A stretch of DNA of 64,000 nucleotides from Nitrosopumilaceae archaeon. Its GTDB lineage: Archaea > Thermoproteota > Nitrososphaeria > Nitrososphaerales > Nitrosopumilaceae. Each line of letters opens with the position of its first letter. The stretch's first letter is position 1. Shown one piece after another: positions 40,304 through 51,215 of the stretch. The notes beneath the pieces are model-generated. The model was not told the origin of the DNA and searched no databases. It saw only the letters and a program-made list of their open reading frames with translations. The stretch lies in NCBI GenBank assembly GCA_965209085.1, contig OZ242376.1:1152001-1216000 (forward strand). Reading direction: 5' to 3'. The position numbers and the translations under genes are program-made.

Positions 40304-41379
40304 AAAATAAACAATTTAAACATAAAAATCGAACCAAACAGAAAAAAACAAAAAAAATACAAAATCAATTATCAAATTGGAAATATAATGAAAAATACAT
40401 ATCAAATAGGACTTCAATTATGATTGAGGATGTGATAAAATTGATAAATGGTGCAAAATCATTTATTGTGATATCCAGTTTCTTTTTAGCGCATACTAGC
40501 GTTGAAAATGCACTGTCTGAAGCTAGTAAACGTAATGTGAGATGTTATCTTATGTTTGCATCAAATATACGACTTCAACAAGAGCAATCTGATGATGAAT
40601 TTGATAAAAAAACATATAATCGCCATATTGAAACACTCAAGAAACTTTCAGGAAAAACGTTAATTCATTCATCAATTAATTTTCATGCAAAAATAATACT
40701 TTGCGATCCCAATACAAATTCCAAAGGTATGCTACTAACAGCAAATTTTACAGAAGAGGCTCTTGGGCATAATCAAGAACTAGCAGTTAATCTTACAAAA
40801 GAAGAAATTGAAGAGAGTATGAAAATTATCAAATGGGCATTTTGGGAATATGCAGATAATGAAATTGTGGATAATAAAGGCAATTTTCTAGCATACAAGC
40901 CCATAAAAAAAATTAGTGAGTATAAAGGTGTAAAAAATATACTGCAGACCACACCCACTCATAAAACAATAAAAAATGAGTTAATGGATGCCATAAACGA
41001 CAATTCAAGATCGATGATCATATCAAGCTATGGTTGGGAAGATAATTTTATAGTAGACAAGCTTTGCGATATGTCAAAACATGGCACAGTCATAACAGTT
41101 TTAGCTAGACCAAGACCTCAATATATTGCACTTTTTACAAAAATGAAAAAATCTGGCATTCGTATTTTAGGATACAAATGGTTACATGCCAAAGCAATTG
41201 TTACAGATAAACATGTGATTGTCATGTCGTCAAATATTGAAAAATTTGGCCTGGACAGGGGTTTTGAAATGGGGATAAAGATTGATGGGGAAAGAGCAGA
41301 TACCATAAGAAATATTTTAGAACAGTGGTGTACAGGATTTCAGTACGAATTTTTAATATCTAATAATAAAAATGGTTAA
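40291..41379 (+). CDS. Phospholipase D-family protein with two HKD motifs (putative nuclease)
   Basis: FHAKIILCD...TANF and LHAKAIVTD...SSNI. Confidence 0.88.
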   Translation: MGFMKNKQFKHKNRTKQKKTKKIQNQLSNWKYNEKYISNRTSIMIEDVIKLINGAKSFIVISSFFLAHTSVENALSEASKRNVRCYLMFASNIRLQQEQSDDEFDKKTYNRHIETLKKLSGKTLIHSSINFHAKIILCDPNTNSKGMLLTANFTEEALGHNQELAVNLTKEEIEESMKIIKWAFWEYADNEIVDNKGNFLAYKPIKKISEYKGVKNILQTTPTHKTIKNELMDAINDNSRSMIISSYGWEDNFIVDKLCDMSKHGTVITVLARPRPQYIALFTKMKKSGIRILGYKWLHAKAIVTDKHVIVMSSNIEKFGLDRGFEMGIKIDGERADTIRNILEQWCTGFQYEFLISNNKNG

Positions 41380-41454
41380 ACGTCAGTATTTCTAGCATAT
41401 GTTTTAGCATATATCGATTATGTTCATACCATCTTGCAAACACCACCACATATC

Positions 41455-42495
41455 TCGGTCCATGAATAAAATCAAAAACATACCATAAAGCTTTTAGATC
41501 ATGAACGTAAACAACCGAAAAAGCTTTGGATCAGTAGATCAGAGCCAATTTAATGAAATCAACAAAGCACAAACGACGAGGAAATCTTGCCAGATCACAC
41601 CAAATGTTAACCTCGATTATAATGAAAGCAAAAAATCAAGGGGTAAATCCATGGAAACCAAGTCCGTTAGGACAAACCGGCTTTGACCTCCTGGGAATGA
41701 CTGTGTGTATTGCCCTAAAAACAATGCAACAACTGTCATACGATGAACTCGTAGATTATCTTGAAGATTCACCACGTTTACTATCAATACCGGATTTGAA
41801 AAGAGTCCCGTCAAGGTCAGCGTTGCAGGTAGCATCTACTAGAATTGATGTACATTTCATCACATGGATGATAAATTCTGCAGGCAGACCTGGAATGAAA
41901 GGTACATTGTATGGAGATTCTACAGGAATTGCAATAAACGGGCATAACCCATGGCTTGATGCAAAAAATGGATCAAGGTTCAGACGGGATTATCGCAAAT
42001 TGTATATTGTAACTGCTGAAAACGGCATAATCCTATCATATCATATCATATTACACATGCATGATGCCATGATGCACCAATATTTGAGCAAATATGTGAC
42101 ACACTGCCGCACGGTTCCGGTCATGTGATGCTTGATGCAGCATACATTTCACGTAACATATGCACGCTCATAGAAAAGACCGGACAAATTCCTGTAATAA
42201 TGCCAAGAAAAGGTGTTCGCGTACGTGGATTTGACGCAATGGGAAAAGATGCTTCGATGGCATTGTGATAATCCTGATGAATTTCTATCCACATACCACA
42301 AACGCAGCAACATAGAGGCCACGTTTTCATCCATGAAGAGAAGGTTTTCATCCACTCTGAGTGCCCGCAAATTTGCAACACAGAAAATTGAATTGGGCTT
42401 CTTTGTCGTGCCATAATATTCACATTCTAGATGCTGCAGTCTAGATTCTGACACTTTGTATCAGATACGATCCTAGCGTATGCTATACTCTAAAA
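41455..42495 (+). mobile_element. IS5-family (DDE_Tnp_1) element, frameshifted; ends approximate
   Basis: GDSTG, YRKL.I, LDAAY, YHKRSNIEATFSSMKRRF spread over different frames. Confidence 0.8.
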
Positions 42496-42574
42496 CCCAA
42501 TATTTGCAATACTGGCAAGATGAGCAGGGCTTGATGATATTGATGTGGTTTTACTACTAGATGATGTGTTATCT

Positions 42575-45500
42575 TTAACCCCTTTTTAAGACGTTCAGGC
42601 TTGTTCCTCTTTCTGCGATATTGCCAGAAAAGTCCTGTATGTTTGAGTGGGGGGTGATCTGAACTATTGCAGTAGTGAACGGGCTTACAGATATTAACAC
42701 AGTATTTGAGCCGATCTTTGTAACGTCCAGGATATATGCTCCTGATATTGCATAGTTTATCGCATTACCAGATTGCTCAGTTATCGGTTCGCTAAACGTG
42801 AGGATTATTTCAGTTGTGGTTGTTGAAACGGCAGATACTAGTACAGGAGGTGCCAAATCCTGCGTACTAGTGCGAGCTAGATTTACACTATATCCATTAA
42901 CGTTAAGAATATCGCCGGATTGTTCTATAAATAGGGTTGCGCCGGTTCCAAATGGAGCTGTCATTGTGAGTGTAACTGTAGTGTCGCCATTTGAGAGTGC
43001 AATCGAATCGATGGTTGCATCCACGATCAAACCATATGATACTGTATAATCAGAAATGTCCAATGTTGCAGGATTTATGGTCATATTATACTGTATGACT
43101 ATTGTCCTATCGGTGGAAATGTACGGACCCATAGAGTGAGTATTGTTTGTCAAAATAGAGCTAGCTGTAAAGCTGTTTCCGCTTGTATCTTCGATATTGG
43201 GGCTAGTTCCTATAAAACTAATGTTCAATACTGCATCAGGAAACGACGTTAGGAATGAGGATATGCTCAGGGTGTTTCCAGAGATGCTACTAGAGATGAG
43301 GTTTGTAGATCCGTCGATATCAAGTAATTGGAGAGGTGCTGTTCCGGGTATAAATTGAACATTCTCGTCAAAATATACCTCTATTAGATTAGAGGATACT
43401 ACAGTGGCGCTTTTCATCGACGGTTTTATTCCATCAGATGCGGTAATGGTTGTAAATGATAGACTGTTTCCTGCAAGATCTGTAAGCTCGCCAAAGTTTG
43501 AAGAGATGTCAAATTGGATCTCTGGCTGAGAATTTGATTCAAACGGGGTTGAAGGAGCAATTGTAATTTCAAGTATACTCTTTGGTATTGCAGACCCGTC
43601 TTTTACGTTAAATGATGTCAGGGAATATCCCGTAATTTCCAGAGCCGTGTCTATATTCGCAGTAATTGCAATGGATTCATCAAATGCGACAGAAACCAGA
43701 TACGGGGTGAGGGTTGTAGACGAGATTATGGTAGGCGGTGCCGTATCTATAAGAATATTATTCTGCAGATCGTTTTCGGTTGCAATCATGCTAGATCCCT
43801 GATCTTGTATCAGGATGGTAAAGGTGGCGTTGCCGTTATCGCCTGCGTTTACTCGTTGAGTTACATACAGGGTTTGATTATACACTGTAATGTTGGCCTG
43901 CCTGCCAAGTACGGTTGCAGATATGGATGCGTTTGTAATGCTCATATTTGATTCCAGACTGATTACAAGCGTATCACCGGTCTTTGCATATGCTGGATTT
44001 GGATTTGTGGTGTTTATTGCAACATTGTAAATTTCAAGCGGCAGGGATACGATTACAGTTCTTGTGGCGTTTTCTGCCTTGTTACCTGCCGGATCCGGTG
44101 GTGCTGAATATACGACTGTATATGTCCCCTCAGATGTGCCAACCTGTGTGACATTTGATGTGATAGAGCCGGAATATTTTGGATCGTTGTCCTGAACAGT
44201 TACGTTTGTATCAGTGTATGAGTTTCCCGGATGCACTAGTATGATATCTGAGCCGTCCAGGTCTATTACAGGCGGCGTATTGTCTATGAATATGTTTGAT
44301 GAATTCAGATTGGATTCAGTTACAGCCAATGCATTCATCAGCGAATCATACGCGGTTATGGCAAATGTGGCATTATCTGAATCATCATACTCCACGGTAA
44401 TGTTTGCGTATATGGTGTTGTTTTGTATCCAATATGTGGCATTTCTGCCAAGAATGTAAACTGTTGCATCAGATATTGGTTCATCTGTTTGAAGGGTAAT
44501 GTTTAGCACATCGCCTGCCTTTGCTCTTGATGCATCAGAATTATTACTTTGTATTGCAAGGTTTGATTTTACAGGCATTGCAGTGTCAACTAGGACGTTC
44601 AAAGAGTCCAGCATTGTCTCATTAGAGGTGAAACTGTTGTTAAAATTATCATATGCTGTGATGGAAAATGTGACGTTACCGTTTGCATCACCTTGCGTGA
44701 TTATAGTGTATGCGTATATTGTGTCATTTTGTATGTCAGTTTCTGCCACTCTTCCCATAATGACAGCTGTAACATTAGATATTGATTTGGTTGCAGTTAG
44801 GGTAATGTTCAAGGTATCGCCGGCTCTGCCATACATTGGATTAGCATTGCTGCTCTTTATGCTTGCAGATATCTGAGATGGAATAGTATACAATACTGTT
44901 ACGGTGCGTGTTATTGTAGGACCTGGATTTCCTGCCGGATCATCTGGCGCCTTGTATGTTAATATGTAGATTCCAGTAGCCATATCCACAGTTTCAGGCG
45001 AGTGCACTGTAAGATTTCCTCCGTATGATGCATCCGTTGCCACAGCTCCTGGATCCTCATATGTCTGGCCCAGCTCCAATATGGTATTGTTTTCACCTAA
45101 AAGTGATATTATGGGGTTTATCGTATCTACGATTAGATTGCTGCTTGTGATATTTTCCTGCGTCACTCGTACCTTGTTACCGCTGGAATTTGTCACGGTA
45201 ATCTCAAATGTGACATTGCCGTTTGTATCGTTTGTTTGGATTGTTTTTTCTAAAAGTGCCATTAAGGAGATTCTTTGGAATGTATAGTTACTGCTACCTA
45301 GTACGTGCCCTGTTGCATTTGCCGGAGCACTGTCCGTAGAAATTATAACCCTCAAGGTTTCTCCTGCACGGATATGACCGTTATTGCTGCCTGATATGGT
45401 CAAATTAGTCACTGTAAGTGGGGGTGGATCTTGTACTGTAACAGTCCGAGTCGTACTGTATCCTGTATTTCCTGCCGCATCAGCATGTGCTGTATATGTA

Positions 45501-48500
45501 TACAAAACAACAGAGCTGACAATACTAGTATCCAGTGTTGCGTTTGTAGTTATATTGTAATTGTTGGCAGCGTATCCTGGGCTGCCATCGCTTGCAATAG
45601 CTTCTGGAATGAACGGGTTTGTGCTGTTTGTTCGTACAGTATAGTTTGCAAGTCCTGATAGGGATATTGTCGGGGGTATGGTATCTATGAATATGTTGCC
45701 GTTTTGTATCAGATCGTTTTGCGTGATCGTCTGTGAGACATTATTGGTGTTTATGGCGGTGATTGTAAATTCCGCATATTGTTCAATCAGATCGTCAGGT
45801 ATTATGATTGCAGAAACTAGTATGGTATCGTTTACAATGTTTGAGGTAATGTTTCCAGTTGAATTTAGAATCTGAACATTATATGAATTGATAACATATG
45901 TCACCTCCAACGTTGCCGTAATCTTATCCCCTGCCTTTGCGTGTGATGCGTTGTTTGTGTTGCTGCTTGCAAGGGATATGCCTAACAATGTTTCCTGTAT
46001 GGTCACCATTCTGGTCGCGTTTTCAGGTATGTTACCTGCAGCATCGTTTGTCGCCTGGTAGGATATGGTGTACGTTCCGAGAATACTGGTGTCAAGATTT
46101 GTGGCATTTGATGAGATTGTACCATTGTATGCTGGATCGTTGTCTGTAACGTTTGCACCCAAATCCGTGTACAATGTACCCAGATCTATAGTGACGCTGG
46201 CGTTTCCAAGTAATCTCAGACTTGGAGCTATGTTATCAACTAGGACGTTTGTAGAGTCTAGATCAGATTCGGTCACTGTAAGATTATTGCCCGAAGGATC
46301 TGATACAGTTAGTGAGAATGTGACATTGCCGGTATCGTCGTTTTGAATCTGTATTGTTGCAAAAGTTGTGGCGCCGGATGTATTGATGGTTGCATTTTTG
46401 CCCAATATTACAGCATGTGCGTCCGGAGTGTCCATGTTTGCTGTGAGTGTTACAGTTATTGTATCTCCGGTTCTTGCACGATCAGAATTGGTGTTGGTGC
46501 TCGATATTGCCAGGTTTAGTTTTGATGGTGCGATGGTGTCAATGACCGTTACGGTACGTGTAATGTTTGCAGGTATGTTTCCTGCCCCGTCAGCTGGCGC
46601 AGAATATACTATTAGGTATGAGCCGATCGTATTTGTATCCACGCTGCTTGCATTGGATGATACGATACCGTTGTATGACGGATCATTGTCGGATAATAAT
46701 GCTCCTGGGTCTACATATTCTTGTCCTATCTCCATATGAACAATTGGCATGCCAATTAGGGTCAGATTGGGCGCGATTGTATCAACGTAGACGTTTGTAT
46801 CTGTCAGATCGTGTTCTGATATTTTGAGTCTAGAGAGTATGTCTATTAGTGAAATCGCAAATGTGAGATTACCGTTTGTATGATTTTCATGTATGGTAAA
46901 AGTTGCAGTCAATGTGTTGTTGTTTATGATCGGCAGGATGGTTTTATTCAAAACGGTCATTTCTGCACCGTGTATGAGTCTGTTTGTTTGCAGTTCAAGT
47001 GTAACGTCATCTCCAGTTTTGGCATATGAGTGATTTTGCCCGTTGGATGTGGCACTAAACAAAGTTATCGCATACGGGACTGGATCAAATACTGTTACGG
47101 TTCGTGTTTTATTTTCAGGTATATTTCCTGCCTGATCTGCATCAGCTGAACATTGTATGGTTTGATTTCCCAGTTTGGAGGTATCAATCAGTGTGTGATT
47201 TGAGGTTACATTACGGGCATAGGATGGATTGTTTGCATCAGATACTGAACATCCCAGATCAAAGTAAAAGCTGTTATGCGCTTGAGTTACGGGGTTGTCT
47301 CCCATTATGTCGATGATTGGTTTTACCGTGTCCACTATGATATTGGCGGATGTTAAGTTGTCATGAGTTGCAAGCAATATTTTATTTCCTGGTACATTTG
47401 CCATGATTGTAAATGATACAGGACCGTTTGTATCCTCAGCCATTACAGTCTGTACTGCACTTATTGAATCATTTTGTATTAGAATTATGGCGTTGCGATC
47501 CAACATTATAGCCGTAACGTTTGATATTGATTCTGTAATGTTCAAAGTTACGGTAATGATGTCACCTGCTTTTGCATAAAGATTGTTAGTATTGGAGCTT
47601 GATATGTATGGGATTGGTGGCACGTACGATGTTTTTATATCCCCATAGATGCGTATGTCGTTTAGATATACGTATTTGGCAGGATGGTTGTTTATTACCG
47701 TAAAACGCATTTTAAAATTTTCATCAGAGGTGTAATTGTCCAGATTAAAGGTTGTGGTGTCCCACAATACGCTTTGAGACAAGTGCTCTTTAGAATAAAA
47801 TGCCAGTTGATTCCAAGTACCATTATCACCAATAGCCTCTATTTTGAGACCTTCATTTAAGCCAATTCCAGTAAATCTATATGAAAATGTGACATTTACC
47901 CTCTCATAAGGAGTCATGTTTAGTCCATTCTTTAGCGTAATCACACATTCCGTTACGGATAAAACATGACAATTGTTTGCACCAAAAACGTCTTGGCTGA
48001 AAAAATCAGCATCAAAGGTGTTGACCACATTCCAAGGCGTTTTGGTAAGATTCCAATTATCAAATGTACTTGCATCATCACTGAAAATCGTCAAATTTGT
48101 GGTTTTTGAAATTCCCATTATATTTGCATCATTTATACGGATAATTTCATTGGATTTACTACTAATGGCAGTCATGCGGACATTAAAGTTATCGCTATCA
48201 GTATAACTGTCCAAATTTATGTTCATCTCGTGCCATGTATTCGATGGTGTTTGCTGATCATCCAAAAATGCAACAGTTGACCAAGAATTTGGCACATTTG
48301 ATACATCTACTCGGAGACCTTCGTTTTGATACGCATCTATATCATCGGATATGTAATACCAAAAATTCAGGCTAGCGTTATCATACATTGTCAAATCTAT
48401 ATTCTGCATGGTAACTAGGTCGCATTCATCATCACAATCACTTGCCTGCAATACCTGTTCTGATACGCCATATTGGTTTATGGCTTGCGTTTGTACCCAA

Positions 48501-51172
48501 AGTGAATTAAGATAATCCCAAAACAGCTCTAAAATACTACCATCATTATTATCATCATTACCACTATTACCACTATTACCACTATTACCACTATTACCAC
48601 TATTACCACTATTACCACCATCATCATGATACAAATAGATTAAATCTTGGGCTCTATTCCCTTGTGCATCTTCTGCTATTACAGTGACCGTATTGCTAGA
48701 ACGTGGTAATGATATTGTGGTAGACCAGATGTGCAAATTATTTGTCAGATTGGAATTGAGCACATCATTAACAAAAATCGTTATAGAAGTGACATTAATA
48801 TTATCCGATGATATTCCATTAATGTCAATGTTTCTACTTTGGAATGTAGATCTATTTGAAGGATAGGTGATTTCAATTTGGGGATTGGTTTTGTCCACAT
48901 AATATCGGATGTTATTATGATGAAAGTTTAATCCTAGTGAGGGATATCCCAAATCGTTCCAATTTTTTTCAAAGTCAAAGATTGTTGTTGAATTATCATG
49001 ATTAAATGCGCGCCATAACTGGGATTCAGTAGAAAGAGTGTCGTTGATTTCATTGACATCATCATATATGTCCCATAAAGAGGCTGCCACCCATGATTCA
49101 TATTTGCTGCCATTAGTGTTAAATCGATCAGAAAAAGGATATTCTGCAGTAGTACTAGTATTGAAAGTTGCATGTTCAAAATCAACTGGATCAACGCCCA
49201 AATCAGTATTCAATATTGGATTATCTCTCATCCATATTGCAAAAAACCAAGCCCAACCTTCAAGCCATGCACATTCAGAATGTGAACTTCTAATAATATT
49301 ATGACCTGATCCATGACATGATGGTATTTCTGAATTTAAATTTATATAAACTTGATCTTGAATATGATGGCCGTATTCATGTGGGAGTACAGAAGTAATG
49401 GAAAAATTCAGCACATATGGAATATAGATTGCATCATTTACATAGTACGGACCCTCCGTTGGATCTAATATTATGTTAACGATAGGTGCATCATACGACA
49501 CCTTTGAGTATAATAAATCATGCATGGATGTCACATCAGCATACATTTGATGTGTAATTGGATAATTTATCGGATATTGGTTTACGATACCTACATTAAT
49601 TATTCTATCTTGTATGTCATAACGTATATTTGCAACTGATTCATAAAATTTTATAGATTCGTTATCGTGCGTAATTTCAACTGCATCATTTACTAATAAT
49701 GCGCCAATTAGTAAATCCATGTATCCTCCACTAGGATTTGGATCCTCATTTGTTCCTATTAATCTAAAGTAGCCATCAGAATTTGATCGAGTACAAACAT
49801 CACTGTAGCCACTTTTTAATATAGTTTTATCAGCATTATTGTGTATATTAACATCGAATGCACATATGAGATAATCATCTGCTGGAACATGATTTAGATC
49901 CTCATTTATGGTATTATAATACCCATGTACAAAAAATTGAAGCGGAGCAGCTGCTGTCACCTTGGGTAAAAAAAAATCATTAAATATTATATTTTGTGTT
50001 GAAAATTCCGGATATGCGTTAAAAAAATCATCTACAAAATCTTCTGAAAGATTTTCATCCATCAGCCAATTTTTAGTAATTTGAATACCTTCATTTTTTT
50101 CCACTGATCTTAGAAATTCGGCAAGGCCTTCCCAACCTGGTTGAGGCACATATCCGGGTTCTTTAACTACATTTGGCGGCGGAGTAAATTGTTGGACAGG
50201 TTGAGGTTTTGGTATGTAATCAGGCAGACCACTTGGCAATGTTTCAAATTCCCGATCGCCACTAAACCATTTTTGTGTTGTATGATTAAAGGACAATCCG
50301 AAATATTGTGTGGAATCGTGATAACCAGATCTGGTAAATCCCGGGTCTGAACGTGATATAGCATTTACTCCATGTTCAGTAGGGGTCAGTTGTAAATTCA
50401 ATCCAGTATTATGCACCCATACATTAAAACCACTATCTGTATGCACTAGTGGTCTTGTTAATTGAAACTTTATGGAACCGTGGACAGTCTCATTAGTAAA
50501 AAATATGGGCTCCCCATGATAAACTACTTTCAGATATTTTATACGAGGACTTGCGTCGATTGCTTTAGGTTTGAATGAATCAGTAAGCATGATAAATTCA
50601 GAGTGTAATATAATCTTAGGAACAACCATCACATCGTTTCCATGTATATCGAGATATCGAATATCTCCATTTTCATCAATACGATGAGGTCTACCATCAG
50701 GTACAAGATATCGAGGAGTGCCATCCTCACTAAGCCAATCCACGGTATAATTTATTATAGATGTTTCATTAATTTTGATATCTCGTGAAACTTCTAATGA
50801 AACAATTGGACTCACAAGAGTTACATAAGATTGATGTGATCCGCTAGTGATGGTAATTTTTCCATCATTGGCATTTGTTTCTCTAGTTGTATTTACGGCA
50901 GGATATTTTATCTCAGTATGTTGCGTATTGGTTAATACTGACCATCCGAGTTTTTGAGCGGTTTTTTCTGATACGCATGCAATTTTATCCATTCCTCGAT
51001 CAACGAGTAAAAGATCGTCTCTGCATACTATATTATGCAGCATCGTTCCACTATCAAGCTGTTTTTTTGGACTTTGAACATAATCTGAGGGTTGCGCGTA
51101 TGTGGTAGAGATTGTGACAGTTGATGATATTATAATTAATGTGAAAATGAATAAAATTTGATGGTTTGACAT
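42575..51172 (-). CDS. Giant secreted protein (2865 aa): signal peptide, HExxH metallopeptidase domain, jelly-roll-like and many Ig-like/DUF5011-like modules
   Basis: LPHEYGHHIQD...WLEGWA; repeated YAK.GD and DT..P.I.L.G...D.AGN...RTVTV modules; N-terminal SPKKQ..G...IVC...LLL.....IACV...TAQKLGW motif typical of thaumarchaeal exported proteins. Confidence 0.9.
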   Translation of the reverse strand: MSNHQILFIFTLIIISSTVTISTTYAQPSDYVQSPKKQLDSGTMLHNIVCRDDLLLVDRGMDKIACVSEKTAQKLGWSVLTNTQHTEIKYPAVNTTRETNANDGKITITSGSHQSYVTLVSPIVSLEVSRDIKINETSIINYTVDWLSEDGTPRYLVPDGRPHRIDENGDIRYLDIHGNDVMVVPKIILHSEFIMLTDSFKPKAIDASPRIKYLKVVYHGEPIFFTNETVHGSIKFQLTRPLVHTDSGFNVWVHNTGLNLQLTPTEHGVNAISRSDPGFTRSGYHDSTQYFGLSFNHTTQKWFSGDREFETLPSGLPDYIPKPQPVQQFTPPPNVVKEPGYVPQPGWEGLAEFLRSVEKNEGIQITKNWLMDENLSEDFVDDFFNAYPEFSTQNIIFNDFFLPKVTAAAPLQFFVHGYYNTINEDLNHVPADDYLICAFDVNIHNNADKTILKSGYSDVCTRSNSDGYFRLIGTNEDPNPSGGYMDLLIGALLVNDAVEITHDNESIKFYESVANIRYDIQDRIINVGIVNQYPINYPITHQMYADVTSMHDLLYSKVSYDAPIVNIILDPTEGPYYVNDAIYIPYVLNFSITSVLPHEYGHHIQDQVYINLNSEIPSCHGSGHNIIRSSHSECAWLEGWAWFFAIWMRDNPILNTDLGVDPVDFEHATFNTSTTAEYPFSDRFNTNGSKYESWVAASLWDIYDDVNEINDTLSTESQLWRAFNHDNSTTIFDFEKNWNDLGYPSLGLNFHHNNIRYYVDKTNPQIEITYPSNRSTFQSRNIDINGISSDNINVTSITIFVNDVLNSNLTNNLHIWSTTISLPRSSNTVTVIAEDAQGNRAQDLIYLYHDDGGNSGNSGNSGNSGNSGNSGNDDNNDGSILELFWDYLNSLWVQTQAINQYGVSEQVLQASDCDDECDLVTMQNIDLTMYDNASLNFWYYISDDIDAYQNEGLRVDVSNVPNSWSTVAFLDDQQTPSNTWHEMNINLDSYTDSDNFNVRMTAISSKSNEIIRINDANIMGISKTTNLTIFSDDASTFDNWNLTKTPWNVVNTFDADFFSQDVFGANNCHVLSVTECVITLKNGLNMTPYERVNVTFSYRFTGIGLNEGLKIEAIGDNGTWNQLAFYSKEHLSQSVLWDTTTFNLDNYTSDENFKMRFTVINNHPAKYVYLNDIRIYGDIKTSYVPPIPYISSSNTNNLYAKAGDIITVTLNITESISNVTAIMLDRNAIILIQNDSISAVQTVMAEDTNGPVSFTIMANVPGNKILLATHDNLTSANIIVDTVKPIIDIMGDNPVTQAHNSFYFDLGCSVSDANNPSYARNVTSNHTLIDTSKLGNQTIQCSADADQAGNIPENKTRTVTVFDPVPYAITLFSATSNGQNHSYAKTGDDVTLELQTNRLIHGAEMTVLNKTILPIINNNTLTATFTIHENHTNGNLTFAISLIDILSRLKISEHDLTDTNVYVDTIAPNLTLIGMPIVHMEIGQEYVDPGALLSDNDPSYNGIVSSNASSVDTNTIGSYLIVYSAPADGAGNIPANITRTVTVIDTIAPSKLNLAISSTNTNSDRARTGDTITVTLTANMDTPDAHAVILGKNATINTSGATTFATIQIQNDDTGNVTFSLTVSDPSGNNLTVTESDLDSTNVLVDNIAPSLRLLGNASVTIDLGTLYTDLGANVTDNDPAYNGTISSNATNLDTSILGTYTISYQATNDAAGNIPENATRMVTIQETLLGISLASSNTNNASHAKAGDKITATLEVTYVINSYNVQILNSTGNITSNIVNDTILVSAIIIPDDLIEQYAEFTITAINTNNVSQTITQNDLIQNGNIFIDTIPPTISLSGLANYTVRTNSTNPFIPEAIASDGSPGYAANNYNITTNATLDTSIVSSVVLYTYTAHADAAGNTGYSTTRTVTVQDPPPLTVTNLTISGSNNGHIRAGETLRVIISTDSAPANATGHVLGSSNYTFQRISLMALLEKTIQTNDTNGNVTFEITVTNSSGNKVRVTQENITSSNLIVDTINPIISLLGENNTILELGQTYEDPGAVATDASYGGNLTVHSPETVDMATGIYILTYKAPDDPAGNPGPTITRTVTVLYTIPSQISASIKSSNANPMYGRAGDTLNITLTATKSISNVTAVIMGRVAETDIQNDTIYAYTIITQGDANGNVTFSITAYDNFNNSFTSNETMLDSLNVLVDTAMPVKSNLAIQSNNSDASRAKAGDVLNITLQTDEPISDATVYILGRNATYWIQNNTIYANITVEYDDSDNATFAITAYDSLMNALAVTESNLNSSNIFIDNTPPVIDLDGSDIILVHPGNSYTDTNVTVQDNDPKYSGSITSNVTQVGTSEGTYTVVYSAPPDPAGNKAENATRTVIVSLPLEIYNVAINTTNPNPAYAKTGDTLVISLESNMSITNASISATVLGRQANITVYNQTLYVTQRVNAGDNGNATFTILIQDQGSSMIATENDLQNNILIDTAPPTIISSTTLTPYLVSVAFDESIAITANIDTALEITGYSLTSFNVKDGSAIPKSILEITIAPSTPFESNSQPEIQFDISSNFGELTDLAGNSLSFTTITASDGIKPSMKSATVVSSNLIEVYFDENVQFIPGTAPLQLLDIDGSTNLISSSISGNTLSISSFLTSFPDAVLNISFIGTSPNIEDTSGNSFTASSILTNNTHSMGPYISTDRTIVIQYNMTINPATLDISDYTVSYGLIVDATIDSIALSNGDTTVTLTMTAPFGTGATLFIEQSGDILNVNGYSVNLARTSTQDLAPPVLVSAVSTTTTEIILTFSEPITEQSGNAINYAISGAYILDVTKIGSNTVLISVSPFTTAIVQITPHSNIQDFSGNIAERGTSLNVLKRG
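48557..48619. repeat. 9-bp tandem repeat (ATTACCACT)x6 plus one variant, encoding a GNS linker
   Basis: Seen directly; the protein reads GGNSGNSGNSGNSGNSGNSGND. Confidence 0.95.
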
Positions 51173-51215
51173 AATTCTATATATGTTTCATAGTATTAAT
51201 ATGTATCAGTTGTTT

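Noticed and set aside
42798-51108. + strand ORFs over the 2865-aa gene
   Set aside because: Antisense shadows with no recognisable motifs.
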